From Eledone cirrhosa (Eukaryota), in contig OZ024741.1 of assembly GCA_964016885.1 (NCBI GenBank), positions 171,864,001 through 171,928,000 of the forward strand: 64,000 nucleotides of DNA, in the 5' to 3' direction. Shown here piece by piece: positions 1-14,218 of this stretch. Each line of letters opens with the position of its first letter. Position 1 is the stretch's first letter. The translations under genes were made by a program, and so were the position numbers. The notes under the pieces were generated by a model. It saw only the letters and a program-made list of their open reading frames with translations, did not search any database and was not told the origin of the DNA.

Positions 1-2120
1 CATACAAAACAGATTATTTATGGCTTTGCCGTTGATTTTGTAGCCATATTTTGTTTTGTTGAGTACTAGAAACAGCGGTGTGAGTTCAATGCAAATTATT
101 AGAGAAGAAAAATAAATCACCTTGAAAACTACCACAGTTAATACTTATTCTTTTAGAATTTATAGTTTAATCACTGTGTGACAGTGAAAGGTTTGTATTC
201 CATATAGACATGTTGTATTTCAAAAAATTTGATATTACTGGGGAAATTATCAGAACATTCAAAGTTTTCAAAATCCATTAGTGGGGAACACTATCAAATG
301 CTTATTTATAGTCAATCCAAGCAGTACTCAAACTTTTGTGCTTGTTATGACAGTTTGCCAAAATCATATGGTTAATGAGAAGTTGGTCTTTGCAACTGTA
401 AGATCCACAGCAACAACTGTTCTGCTGAATTGGGAGAAGATGATTTTCATCCATAAATTTGTAGGTTGTTTCATTCAGGATTGAGTTGAGAATTTTGTTT
501 GAAGTGATATATAGGTTGTGAATTCTTTTGCATATTTGATTCTGTCAATTTTGCCAAGAGATATCTTACACCTTATGCAAACCAATCAGGAGTTTTCTCA
601 AAATTGTTCATAATTTCGTTATTGTATTTTACCAACATATCATGGGTAGCAGTTAGAGAAGCTAACCAGAAGTTTGGCACTTTATCAATGCCCAAAGATT
701 TCCATTTGTTGTATTTCTTTAGTGCCAACTCCAGTTCTTCCATAATTATATTTGCCAAGTCTGCCTTTCTAAATTATTGCATGTTTCTTCATGTTGTTTA
801 TCCATTTTGCATTAACATTATGAGATTCTTCTGTACTCCATACTGTTTTCCAAAATTCTTCAATTTCATGAATTGAAGGAAGTTCCTTTACTTGAATTGT
901 CTGCGTCCTAATTTCCCTATAAAACGTTTTTGCATCTGATATAAATAGCTTATTCTGCCTGTAAAACCTATTTCACTTTTCAAATCTTCTGACTCTTTGA
1001 GCTTTCAGTTATACTTTCTGTTAGCATATTAGGCTGTGAAGTTACTTTATATTGCTTAATCACTTTCCTTCTTTTTCTTGACATGACAGATTTCACAGCA
1101 CATATTTCATCCAGGATCAATATATCTCCCTTGATCATTTCAATTCTTTCTCAATTTTTATCTTCCAGTGTAGTTTTTTGTGAGTGTTGTGTCCTTTTCA
1201 CATTTCTATTCTATTACCATCACTGCTGCATGAATAACCTCATTCTATTTTGATATATCAATTTCCATCTCTTCAATTATTTCTTTAACAACCTGATTTC
1301 CAGTACTTATGTGTCTTTTGTTCAGGTTGTTGCTTGTCAACTCTTGCAAGGACGCTCTTTCACCCAAACTAATGTTTTTGTTATATTTTTCCAAGTTCAT
1401 TATGAACTTCCTCTTTTGTTTGATATTTATGTTGATGAGTAGAAATATCTTCATCCATATTGTCAATTTGTCTTTCAACTTCACCCTGCTCTGTTGTGTT
1501 TCTCATACTTTCAATGTTTCATGACATTTCTCCTGGTAACAACATAGTCAATGCGTTTTGAGGTATCTCTTCTATCACATATTCATTTCTATCCCTTTCT
1601 GATATTAGTATTCTCAAATCATTTTCAACATTCGTCTTAATTTAATTCAACTCTGCATCTGTTAGTCTCTTTTTCTAGAATATCTCTTCTTACATTTGCA
1701 AATTTGTTTTCGTCCAGTTTTGTTCTCTTTTCTAGATTTCTTTCTCTCCATATCCTAAAAGAATTTCCTGTGTGTTTTGATTTGGGTAGTTGGCCCAATA
1801 AGTGATAAAATGCGTTTATCTCTTATTTATACTCTTCTCAAATCCATTTCATATGTTGAGGTTTTTGTCTTCCTTGTGGTACTGAACTTGAAGGGCTTGG
1901 GTTGAGATTATTCTCATTCAAGTGACTATTCAAGTCCATATTTGGAGAAGAGCTCATTTCAGCTGCAGACCTTTTGATCCTAGGCTGATTCCTCCCTGAG
2001 TTATGCAGCCCTTGTTGACCTGGATGACGACCGATCCATTATGTGCTTTTTGTTGTTCCTTTATGTCAAGGGGTAATTTTCCTTCACTGTCAAGGGGTAA
2101 TTTTGTTCAAATTGTTGTTA
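1..2120 (-). pseudogene. Decayed Dong/R4-clade non-LTR retrotransposon (N-terminal region plus start of RT), running off the window start
   Basis: ORF 573..758 (ALKKYNKWKSLGIDKVPNFWL...TPDW) aligns by eye with ALRKTSKWKSPGKDKIQNFWI...IPSW of the intact 44245-47007 ORF. Minus strand at ~275-325 reads AWIDYK*AFDSVPH*W, and ~1800-1865 reads MKWI*EEYK*EINAFY (R4-type N-terminus). Many stops and frameshifts. Confidence 0.85.
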
Positions 2121-2137
2121 ATACTGCCAATCCACTG

Positions 2138-2330
2138 GGCAGTGGATTGGCAGTATCAGTAGAGGGTCAGACGCCATGCTTTGACGCATAGAGTTACGGC
2201 CCTTTCCAATCTGAGTTCAAATCCCGCTGAGGTTAACTTTGCCTTTCATCCTTACGGGGGTTGATAAAATAAAGTACCAGTAATGCACTGGGGTAATTGC
2301 TGGCCTTGCGCCAAAAGTAGAAACAATTAT
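2138..2330 (+). mobile_element. tRNA-derived SINE, family S1 (Meta-domain-like body, ends AACAATTAT)
   Basis: Pol III A box TGGCAGTATCAG and B box GAGTTCAAATCC, body GCCTTTCATCCTTACGGGG.CGATAAAATAAAGTACCAG. Many near-identical copies in the window; an older copy follows at ~2368-2555. Confidence 0.85.
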
Positions 2331-4779
2331 TATTGTTGTTGTTGTTGTTGTTGTTACTATTATTATTGGATTGGCAGTATCATTAGAGCGTCAGACACCA
2401 TGATTTGCAACATAGAACTATGCCCCTTTACGTTCTGGGTTCAAATCCCGCAAAAATTAGCTTTGCCTTTCATCCTTACAGAGTCGATAAATTAATCGAC
2501 TTGCCCCTCCCCCTCAAATTGCTGGCTTTGTTGTCTAAAGTAGAAACAATTATTATTATCATCATATATTCTCAATTTATTTCAACTCATATCAATACAA
2601 AAACCTCTGGAGACATATTTATCACAGTTGATGTTGCACTATGTCCATGTGGATAGAGTAGCTCCAGATTAGCCCTTAACTGGTAGATCCATAATCAAAT
2701 GTATGCCATTAGTGACCATCCTGTCTATTTTTTTTCAGAAACAGTTTAGTTAGGACAATATTATACAAAGAGTTTTTGCCCTTTTTTTAAATTGTGGTCC
2801 ATGATATGAGAGAAATTTGATTACTATTTATAACATTTTGAGCTACCAATTAGAGACTTTGTTGTTGGCACCAAACAATGTTACATACTAACAGAAATTG
2901 TCTTCTCTTTCCAGAGAGGCAGAGATAGTGTGAGATAAAGGTAGAATGTACGAAGGAAAGAGAGAGAGAAACACATTTTCTTTTATATAGACCAGCTTAT
3001 AGCCAAATTATTTTTTCTCCTAGTGCTTATCTCGTTTTCGGCAAGGTTTTTCTTCTTTTTATTGATATGGCTGAGATGTTGCTCGCATTGATGGACATTG
3101 AAAACAAAAGATCCTGAAATAAAATATATTTTAACCGAATATTATTTTTGTTTATTATTAATAAAACATAAGAATTGTAAATAATGTCTACATTTTCCTG
3201 TGTACCACCAAAATTTTCTCTCGGACCAACACTATTCTAAATCATCAACCTATTTTGAACTCGTATATAATTGCTTCAAAGGAAAAATTATTCACCAGCA
3301 CACTGTATCAAGGATATCACTGTATATTTAAGATATTACTATAGGATAATTGTTAGATTAAAGGTCAAAAGGCTTTGTGATATTTGATCTAGCTCTGTGC
3401 TTTAATTTCAAATCTTACCTTTCAGCCTTTTGAGGTTGATAAAAAATAAACTCCAAGTTAAGTATAAAGGGGTCATGTAAGAGTCACAACAAAAAGCACC
3501 CAAGCACACACTGTAAATGTGGTTGGCATTAGGATGGGAATCCAGCCATAGAAATCTAGCCAGAAACAGTACTGTACGAGTAAGACACGGTCACCTGGCC
3601 CCACTTATCTCAAATGGTACGACCCGTCTAACCCATGCTTGCATGAAAAATGGGCATTAAAAGATGATGATGAGGATGATGATGATAATTGCCATGGATT
3701 GGTGTGATTGATATGAGGATATCTTCGCAATCAGTATCATTAGCTGACTGACAAAAGTAACACATTTTCAACACATCCTGAGAAATTCAAATGCATCCAA
3801 GAAATTTCAGAACTGCAGAAAGTCCTTCTGTTTTATGTTCTTTTTCACATCTTTAATTAGAGATTTCATTCATTATATTTGCCAAGACTCAATATTCTAC
3901 AGTTGAAACCTTTGGTTAATTCGACTTGTGATAAACACATCCCTGTCACACTATTAAAATAATTGTATACAGTATTCTTTCACAGTATCATTTCTACACT
4001 TTTTACTTTCTACTACCACCTAGAACTACTTTACTCATATCATTTAAGACACTTATTTTCGTAGGACTATCTTTCTTTCTCAGTTTGATGTACTGTCCTG
4101 CATTTAAAACTGTTTCCTGACTTCTATCATCATTATTATCATTGTTTAAATACTTGATTTTTCACACTGGCATGAGTGGGATGAGACTTGTCCACATGAA
4201 AACAGTCTCTCTTGCACACATCTGTTTCTTCCTATTATTCCATGTTTTTTTCTCTTAGATCATCTATGGCCATTCACAATAATAAACATAAGCACCCAAT
4301 GGAGCATGTTCACTTCATTTCTCTCCAGCCTTTCCAAATCATCTACTTTTACCTAACATACAACTGCCATACAACATTGCATATGTAAGGTGGTAGAGCT
4401 AGAGTCATGATAAAATGCTCCCAGTACACACTGTAAGCTGGCTGGTGTTAGGAAGGGCATCCAGTTGTAGAAACCAAGATAAAACAAACCTTATGAGTAG
4501 GACATAGTCACCTGGTTGGTCTGGCTTCAGCTTGTGGAGCATATCTAGCACCATACAAGCATGGAAAATAGATGTTAAATAGTGATGTTATGATGATGAT
4601 CATAAATATCTGGTTGTCCAACAAATTTGATGATGAGCATATTTTTCCTCAATTGTGGATACCTTGTCGACTGGATAGGCCAATCCAGATGGCATGAACA
4701 TTTAATTGGAGTCACTAGATATTAATCTTCATGCATGCCTCCTTTTTTGCTTCTCTTGAATTTATTTCTCCTCCATCTC

Positions 4780-5930
4780 CTTAATCTCCTTCCAACAGTG
4801 AGAATACCAAAATAAATGAGTGATAGCAATGCTGCCCACTCCTGAAGGGTTCATTACCTTTCTTCAAAGTGATCTTTATCTGGTCTTTAAACTGCTTCTT
4901 TGGTCCTCCAGCCTGTTGATGACCATGATGTAGCTGGTCATTTTGTCTCATGTCTCCCTCACAGGAGGCATGAGTCAGACATGCACACTACATGTTTGAA
5001 CTATTTCATTTGAGACCTGTATAGTATGGATTTGATATTGATGGTCCTTGTGTAATGGAGGATTCACCTATATAAACCTATCTTACCAGGTTACTGAATA
5101 TTAAAGGCTGTGGCAACCTTAATGTGTTTATTTCATGTGGTCTGTGTCTCATACACATCCAGGAAACTGGAGATAAAAACTGCCCAATAGACAAAAATCA
5201 TGGTATGAAGCTCAAGATTGTTGCTCAGAAAGAAGGATATTCAGAGCCTTCCTAAAGCAATAGAGGATTATCTGAAGCAGTCTAGAATGTTCTTGTCCAA
5301 TATGCAGTCATTGAATATTATACTGCCTAAGGGCGGTGGATTGGCAGTATCGGTAGAGGGTCAGACGCCATGCTTTCCAGCATAGTTACGTCCCTTTACG
5401 ATCTGAGTTCAAATCCCGCCGAGGTTGACTTTGCTTTTCATCCTTACGGGGTCGATAAAATAAAGTACCAGTAATGCACTGGGTAATTGCTGGCCTTGTG
5501 CCTAAAGTAGAAACAATTATACTGCCTAAGTATTTAAATTGGTAAGCTAATGCTGATCTACTGATAACGTGGGAAGGAGAGGGAGCAGTGTAATATGCCA
5601 TTGACAGATGAATATAATTTTCTGATGTTAATGCACCAGCCTATATTTTTATAAGCTATAACTGCTGCCAAGATGGTAGTTTGTAGGGCTTATTGAGTGA
5701 GTTAACAGAGCACAGTCATCAGTATGCTATAACTTGATCTGTTCAGATCTGAGCTTAGTGGTAGTCTGCAGTTTTGAGATGATAAAGAGGTTTCCATCAA
5801 GTTGAAAGTTTATAGTGACTTCCAGATCCCTCTACATCCTTCTGTGTAACACTATGGTCATACAGATACCAACAAAGCACTGGAGCAAGAAACGTACAAC
5901 TTAAACATTTTAGACTGAAACATGTATAAA
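4780..5930 (-). pseudogene. Decayed RTE-clade LINE reverse transcriptase (C-terminal half), interrupted by a SINE
   Basis: Minus strand gives a ..DDCAL-like RT motif (~5708-5735). Removing the SINE restores FKYLGSIIFNDCILDKNI. Confidence 0.7.
5332..5515 (+). mobile_element. SINE S1 full-length copy with 15-bp TSD
   Basis: A and B boxes present; TSD ATTATACTGCCTAAG at 5317-5331 and 5516-5530. Confidence 0.92.
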
Positions 5931-6627
5931 GTCATCTTTCATACTTGCACTCTAAAAATGAAAAGTTTAAGATAAACATTAACTAATATTTTTTTCCTTC
6001 TTGTATATTTAGTTCTATCCAGCTATGCAATACTATATATATTAAATATATTAACAACGTGGAAAGTGTGTAGCCTGATGGTTGGGATGTTGAGTTGTAC
6101 AATCTTGGGTTTTAATATTCCCAAGCCAGGGTGTATGTTATGTCTTTAAGCAAGACACTAGCCTACATCGTTCTAATTCATTTTGCTGAAAAATGTATGA
6201 ATTATCTAAAAATATCAACAAGTAAATATGGAATATTTTACATTTATTGGTGTAGGAAAATAAAATAGAATAAAAACAATTAATTAAATAATTCAAACAC
6301 GTTGAAATGAAATAAAAATAATAATTACGTTAGTGTTTAAAATAACTAATTAGGCATAAATATGTTGTGAGAGGTAGAATAAACAATATTAGTTATTATG
6401 TTCAACAAATTACCAACAAACCAGCTTATTATTTTCCCAATTTTTCTGTAAAAGTAGGATAGACAATTCTGGGAATGTTCTAGTCTTATACTTACCTTAT
6501 TTCTTTTTAATTCCATACTTGTATTGCTTTATTTATATATTATAATTTTACATGACTGCACATATGAGGCGCATCTAATACATTGTTGCATTCAGACTGT
6601 GGCTGCTTTACTTCACCTACAGACCAT

Positions 6628-6860
<233 letters not shown>

Positions 6861-7322
6861 ACATGTTATCACTTAGTCAGGAGTTAGGAGAGTACCTCTG
6901 AACTTTGTAGTAAATTTATCACATGAGAGTGCTCAGATAATTTCTCCCAGTCGGTGTCGTTCACCTATGACTATTTGTCTGTTTATGTATATAAGTATTT
7001 GCTAGCTCAGAGACAACTTCAGACATCATGAATGAAGAGCGACTTTGATAATGCTATTAAAAATATTGAAATGAAATCTACTTTTGAAAATAAAAACAAA
7101 ATTTAAAAATTACTCATTTGTATATTATTAATAATGATCATATTGTTTAATACTCTGATAATGGATACAGAGTGTATTTTACAAAAAAATAATATAATTC
7201 CACTTAATCTATCTTTCAAAATTAAAGGTAAATAAAAATATTATGTGAATAAAAATAGATAAATAGACATACTTTTTTAATATAAATGCTAAAGTATTCA
7301 ATCTTCATTCATAAATTCGAAT

Positions 7323-7357
<35 letters not shown>

Positions 7358-7436
7358 CAGGGCATCCCCCAAAAATGTATACACACCTTGATTAGAATGC
7401 TGTTGAAGTGTGTATACATTTTTTCGAAACACCCTG
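7358..7436. mobile_element. ~80-bp Tc1/mariner-type MITE
   Basis: TA-CAGGG...AAAAATGTATACACAC / GTGTGTATACATTTTT...CCCTG-TA imperfect terminal inverted repeats with TA flanks. Confidence 0.75.
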
Positions 7437-7665
7437 TATATATATATATAATTGAAAAGGAGGATAAAGTTCCATAAAAATCAAAGGTTATATGTAAAGA
7501 GTAAAAGTGAAAAAGCAAAGACACATATTGAAAGATTATTTTTTCTTTAATTCGACAGAATGTATAATTTTATAATTGTTATGTTAAGTGGATTTAAATT
7601 TTGTCAAATATTACCAGTTTCAATAGGTATTTCAACAGCCATTCCAACAGTTAGTTCCAGACTAT

Positions 7666-7701
<36 letters not shown>

Positions 7702-7702
<1 letters not shown>

Positions 7703-8110
7703 CAATATATTAATAAATGGAAACTATATTTATAAAACCATAATTATTTTATTATATATATTTCAAGGACAACCAAGGCAGTTTTGGTGCGCTTTCATCA
7801 GATAAAATACAAAATTTGTTTTATAAATGTTGACATACCCGTAGCAAAACAACCTTCAACCGTCAAGGTTGTTTTTCTATGGGAATGTCAACATTATAAA
7901 ACAAATTTTATATTTTATCTGATGAAAGCGCACCAAAACTGCCTTGGTTGCCCTTGAAATATATATAATAAAATAATTATGGTTTTATAAATATAGTTTC
8001 CATTTATTAATACATTGAATATTTACTCCAGTAAACTGTTGAGTGCTTTATATCAGTTATAAAACTTTTAAGCTTGTTGAATCCCAACAAATTAAATATA
8101 ACTTCTGCAT
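7702..8110. mobile_element. Penelope-type pseudo-LTR fold-back element, family A, in (TA)n
   Basis: ~155-bp inverted arms (7703-~7856 / ~7862-8017) plus an unpaired 3' tail to 8110; each arm holds a hammerhead. Confidence 0.8.
7911..7975 (+). ncRNA. Minimal type-I hammerhead ribozyme (family A); mirror copy at 7745-7809 (-)
   Basis: TATTTTAT-CTGATGA-stem II (AAGCGCACCAA/TTGGTTGCCCTT)-GAAA-TATATA-TA-ATAAAATA: 8-bp stem I, intact core, palindromic stem III, AUA cleavage triplet. Confidence 0.85.
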
Positions 8111-9477
8111 ATATATATATATAATAGTTTTAACCTCCACTTTCCATGCTAGCAAGGGGTGGACAGGCCCATACCGACCAAGTCAGTATTGAAGCAGAGC
8201 CACTTATCTCCCAGACAGGCCAGAAATTGTGTGCTTATGTACGGTCTCACATTCCATTGAGTATTCAGGAAAGGTTGTCATACCTTTGACACAACTGAGA
8301 GTCGTCCCAACCCTTTGTTTAGCAAGTTTTCTATGGGTGGATGCCCTTCCTATCACCAACCACTGTACAATGTGTACTGGATCTGTTTATCATGTAAATC
8401 ACCAACACTAGGGAGGTTATTATACCCTTATCATGGCTAGAGGGTCTTCTCAACTCTTTGTCTGGTAAGTTTTCTATGACTGGATACCCTTCCTATCATC
8501 AACCACTTTACAGCATGTACTGGGAGTGTTTAGTATTTAAATCACAAACACTAGGGAAGCTGTCATGCCCTTGACATGGCTGAAGGGTCCTCTCGGCCCT
8601 TTGTTTGGTTGCTTGGCATTCTCTCCATGGAAGGGTGTTAATTTGTCAGGAATATGTGTGTGCTGTGGGGGAGGTTGAAGCAGTGAAGTTGATAATAACT
8701 GTTAGTGAGTGCTAGTTGAGGGAGAGAGGGAGTCAGGTCATATTGTAAGCTGCAGATAGGGTCTTCTTCAGCACTGCATTGGGCCAGCTTTGCAGTTTTT
8801 AGTCATTTCTGTTGTAAGGTTTAGCTTTCTAAGATCTGTCCTTAAAATCACATCCCTTGACTTCCTATGTCTGCTTCTTTCACGAGTCCAAAGCATTAGG
8901 GTTTCGGTGCATTTTTATGTAGCTGCTATCTTCAATGCACATCACATGGCTATACCAATACAGTCTTCTCTCTTATACCAAGTGTTTGTTAATTCGATTG
9001 ATGATTGGTGATTGAACCGAATCAATAGAATGAATATAAACATTATATACTGGAATTTATCATCAAACGACCGAATAAAGGAATTCTTTCTATGAGTGAC
9101 TACATTTATTATTTGCATTATATATGTACATGATATTAGTTGTTTCTGAACTAGATACATGAAAGAGACTTTTATATATAATAGATATCTTTCCACATGA
9201 GTGTACAAAAATGGGACATTACAAGACGTGACGGCAGAGGTTTTACATAAAAATCATATAAGTTTAACATGAATAAATGACAATAAATTATATATAATAA
9301 AATAACAATTGAAGTCCCCAATAGGAGGGAACATTACTGCAGGGTTGTTTTACACCCTATGGATAGAACAACCCTCAAGACCAGGAACACATTTTGTAGG
9401 TGTTCTCGTCTTCCCTCTTTTTATCTTCTTCAACATACAGGTTTATATACAGAGAAGGCCCATTCATAGATAGATAG

Positions 9478-9508
<31 letters not shown>

Positions 9509-9570
9509 AGTATATATATATATATATATATACGTACATACACATATGTATACAGACGTACAGTAGTATG

Positions 9571-9608
<38 letters not shown>

Positions 9609-10147
9609 CATGCACACATATATATATGTACGTGCATATATATATGTGTGCATGTATGTATATATATATATATATATATATATACATACTACTGTACATC
9701 TGTATACATATGTGTATGTACGTATACATACTTATATTTAAGTAACAGCCGTACTAAGAGTGAGAAATGAAATTTCATTTCATATATATATAGATATAAT
9801 GCAAATGAGGTTGTCATTGGGAGATATGATATAGATTACATATAGGAACTAATGAATAAATATATATATTGACAGAATGAGTAGGTGTTTTAATTTAATC
9901 AAATAGTATTTATATGAGAATATCAACGTTCACAATATTAATTTGGTCAGCTAAATTTCCATTTTGCTGAAAATCATTTGACATTACTCTTCCTTGCTCT
10001 TCCACTTTAAAACAGCACAACCCAAGAAATGAAGCAATCATATGAAACCAATATACATACATATATATATATATATATACATATATACATATACATATAT
10101 ATATATATATATATATACATGAAATATAAGAATCAAAGTATAATTAA

Positions 10148-10225
<78 letters not shown>

Positions 10226-10345
10226 ATGAAATATATATATATATATATATATCAATTTTCTGAATGAAAAGTATATGTTGTATATGTTGTAGTGCACCTG
10301 ATCTCTGTACACAATAATTTCATTATATATATATATATGAATATA

Positions 10346-10376
<31 letters not shown>

Positions 10377-10398
10377 CATATATATATACATATATATA

Positions 10399-10437
<39 letters not shown>

Positions 10438-10454
10438 ATTATATTTCCATTTAA

Positions 10455-10511
<57 letters not shown>

Positions 10512-10632
10512 GGAAAAATTTGAACAGGGACAAAACAGAGAGGCAGTACAATGAATGTTTATTAATTTCACGCTCTGGAGAGTGGGGTGTTGGATATACA
10601 TATATATATACATATATATATACATATATATA

Positions 10633-10681
<49 letters not shown>

Positions 10682-10820
10682 ATTATATTTCCATTTAAAT
10701 ATAAATATATATATATATATATTAATATTTATATTTAAATGGAAATATAATTATTATGACTCAATTTCGATGGTAAATGGACATTAAATTAATATCTATT
10801 CCTTTGAAATGAATATAGAG

Positions 10821-10861
<41 letters not shown>

Positions 10862-11332
10862 AGTATCTACATATATATATACATATGTATGTATGTATTT
10901 TGTATACATATATATATATACACACATGCATATATACATATATATACATATATCAATATATGTAAATATATGTGTAGATGTATATGTGTGTGTGTGTGTG
11001 TATGTGTATGTGCACATGCATATGTGTATGCACCTCCTATAATCTATATATCAAGCTATATGCTGCCTCTTGCACTACTGAGGGGTCATAAATTCTGTCA
11101 TAGACATGTTAGCATGAAAAATGGGATGTTAGATGATAATGAGAATACATATATATGAAGTGTTCATATTTCAAAACTGGGAAGATTACAAATAAACATG
11201 CAGACACATGCATACACACATGAAATAAAGCCTCTTGCTCAAGGACACAACACGCCACCGAGGATCAAACTCACAACCTTACATTTATGAGCTAAGTTCC
11301 CTAACCACTAAGCCATGCACCTTCACATATAA

Positions 11333-11375
<43 letters not shown>

Positions 11376-11377
11376 TG

Positions 11378-11705
11378 GAGGCACATGGCTTAGTGGTTAG
11401 AGCCTTGCAATCGAAAGGTTGTGAGTTCAATTCTCAGACCGGGTGATGTGTTGTTTCCTTGAGCAAGACACTTTATTTCACATTGCTCCAGTTTACTCAG
11501 CTGAGATAGGGATTGGGGTTCCTATCATTCCACTGCAAAGTGGTTGTGGAGGTGCCACGACAAAAAAAAGCACCCAGCACTCACTGTAAATGACGTTGGT
11601 GTTAGGAAGGGCATCCAGCTGTAGAAATCAAGCCAGAATCTGTTCCCGTCCCACCCTTGCAAGCAGGGAAAAGTGGACGTAAAATGAAATGATGATGATG
11701 ATGAC
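11378..11705 (+). mobile_element. tRNA-derived CORE-type SINE, family S2, with (GAT)n tail
   Basis: A box TGGCTTAGTGG, B box GAGTTCAATTC, CORE-like CCTTGAGCAAGACACTTTATTTCAC, 3' GGAAGGGCATCCAGCTGTAGAAA...GGACGTAAAATGAAATGATGAT. Sister copies at 38615-38948, 48668-49060 and 55594-56025. Confidence 0.85.
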
Positions 11706-11719
11706 ATGTATATATATAC

Positions 11720-11764
<45 letters not shown>

Positions 11765-11888
11765 TATACATGTATATACATGTATATATATATATGTGTG
11801 TGTGTATATGTTAGTATACCCATACTCACATACACATGCGCACACACATATATATATACATCTATATCCATATATATATATATATATT

Positions 11889-12172
11889 GGAGGCATGTAG
11901 CCTAGTGGTAAGGGTGTTGGGCTTATGATCATAATGCCACAGGTTTGATTCCTGGGCTGTGTGTTGTGTTCTTGATGAAAACACTTCATTTCACGTTTCT
12001 CCAGTATACTCAGCTGAAAATGAGTACCAGCAATAGCTGGGGGTTTAATCTTGCGATGGACTGGCGTCCTGTCCGGGGAGGGGGGAGTCTTGTACTCTCA
12101 GTCACTTCACACCATGAAACCGGGATAAGCACCGGCCAAATGAGCCTTCTGGCTTAAGACAGACTTTAGACT
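11889..12172 (+). mobile_element. CORE-type SINE with a different 3' tail
   Basis: tRNA-like head and CORE-like block, then GCGATGGACTGGCGTCCTGTCCGGGG...GAAACCGGGATAAGC. Confidence 0.7.
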
Positions 12173-12599
12173 TATATATATAATATAAATATTATATTCA
12201 CCCAGCTGTCATTTAGATACAAATTTTCTTTGGCTGCCTATTTTTGATATTTGTGAATCAGGCCCCAAATCCTCAGCCTCTATTGGAAACATTTTGTAAT
12301 GTTTGTGTTCTTTTTCTATTAGTGTGAAAGAGAAATAGAAATGCTAAAAAGTAGAAAGAGAGACGTGATTGGTTATATAGTATAGTTAATGAAATGTAAG
12401 GGAGGTAATTTGGTAATTAAAAATAATCTATGAAAAAATATATATTCTATGAGAAAATGAAGTGAGCAAACTATTTATTGTAGCATCCATAGGGCTAAAA
12501 AGAATATATTAATGAGCTTGGAAAGGAGGTTGCATGTGGAAGTGGGTACGTGATATTGCTGGTCAGTGAGTGAGATCGTGGCATTGGAATTCTTTTAAT

Positions 12600-13170
12600 C
12601 TAGCAAAGGGAGATTTTTCCAGTTCTTAGGGTGAATTTGGGTGTGTTATGGAGCTTTCTAAAATTCCCATGTAGATTTTTAACTCCTGTTGTTTGTTTCG
12701 TTGGATCAAGTTGATCTGAGCCTCATTTATTGCAGTGGGCACATTGCAAGGTTGGTCTAAAAGGCATGCTTCTAGCTTCTGAAAGAGAAATCTGATTGTT
12801 TGGGAGCTTATGGATTTGTTGGTAATACAGGTTTTAACATTCTTGGCCCAGAAATAGCCACGTTTATCCATGAGAGCTGAGAATTTTTATTCTTTAATAG
12901 ATTTAGCATTATGGGAGATGGGAGATATGCACAATACAATTTTTCTAGCCCTATATACCTTATTTCTAGTTCCAGTCTATTGGTCAGGAGAGTAGGAAAT
13001 GTTATTTTTAAAGCCACTGTTGTCTAGGGTGCTATTTTAGTATGGGGCTGCGCTATTGAAGGGTAAGGTTCTTGAGTTATTGTTGATATATCTAAGTTTC
13101 TCATGGGGTTTGCTATAAAGTTTGTGTGGTTAGGTCAAAAGTAATGTGTCAGATATTAACACTAATGTTA
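12600..13170 (-). pseudogene. Probable decayed Naiad/Penelope GIY-YIG region
   Basis: ORF 12626..12871 CLLDQPCNVPTAINEA...KIYMGILE parallels CPLQQQCNALAVVYEA...KSYVGMAE of the 54534 ORF. Confidence 0.5.
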
Positions 13171-13300
13171 GCCTCTATCAAAATCAATTAATTTATTTAT
13201 ATTCATATGATGATGATGATGATGATGATGATGATATAGATAAATACATATATTTATATATATATATATATATATATATGCCTGTATATATATATATATA

Positions 13301-13476
13301 TTTATTAAAATAACAGATTAAAGTTTAAGCAAAGAATCACAGTGAAAGCAGCGATTCTTTGCTTAAACTTTAATCTGTTATTTTAATAAATATTTGCTCT
13401 ACGGTTCTTATATATTTGATATATATTTATCCTTATCGAGCTCTCTTTTGATTTTAGTCTTCAAATTTATTATTAT

Positions 13477-13481
<5 letters not shown>
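13301..13481. mobile_element. Fold-back element family G in (TA)n (partial copies 17781-17902 and 51556-51640)
   Basis: ~40-bp inverted arms TTTATTAAAATAACAGATTAAAGTTTAAGCAAAGAATC, then a tail with the GCTC..TC-GAGC hairpin. Confidence 0.65.
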
Positions 13482-13513
<32 letters not shown>

Positions 13514-14005
13514 GATAGATAGATTAATAAATAGATATATATATATACATATATATGTAATTGTGTTAACAGACGTGAGAATGAATACTTAATTCCGAAG
13601 AAGAGTTTGAATATTCAATTTATTTTGGGTAAGTGTTGAGACTGAAATTTCACCTGTGCACTCACAGGATCATTACATATGACTATTATATGCAAAAATG
13701 CATTTATAGTACATATATATATACACCCTCACACACACACGCACACATTTATATATATATTTATAGGTGTCTGTGTGTGTATTGAACAATGGAAACAAAA
13801 GACAAAGTTAAGTACTTAATTAATTCATGGTTTTGATTGATCATGAGAAATCAATATAATGACTAATCAATAGTAGTTATGTAACTTCGTTGAAATCTAT
13901 TATGATGAAAGACTTCTACAATAAAAGAACTCTCAACACCTGATCTTGTTGGAATTATTACTTCCATACTATAAGGAATTCTATTAGCATTATTGGCCAT
14001 ACCAG

Positions 14006-14218
14006 GGTGGTGGATTGGCAGTATCGATAGAGAGTCAGACACCATGCTTTGCAGCATAGAGTTACGGCTCTTTATGGTCTGAGTTCAAATCCCGCCGAGG
14101 TTAAATTTGCCTTTCTTCCTTGCGGGGTCGATAAAATAAAGCACCAGTAATGTACTGGGGTCGATTTAATCGACTTCCCCCCCAAAAAATTACTGGCCTT
14201 ATGTCTATACTAGAAATC
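14006..14218 (+). mobile_element. SINE S1 copy
   Basis: Same head, body and tail as 5332-5515. Confidence 0.85.

Noticed and set aside
11378-11445. tRNA gene
   Set aside because: tRNA-like head continues into a CORE SINE body without an acceptor stem; it is a SINE promoter.
13655-13700. Minus-strand hammerhead-like CCTGTG/CACAGG-T-GAAA..GTC
   Set aside because: Core reads GTAATGA and stem I does not pair; too decayed to call.
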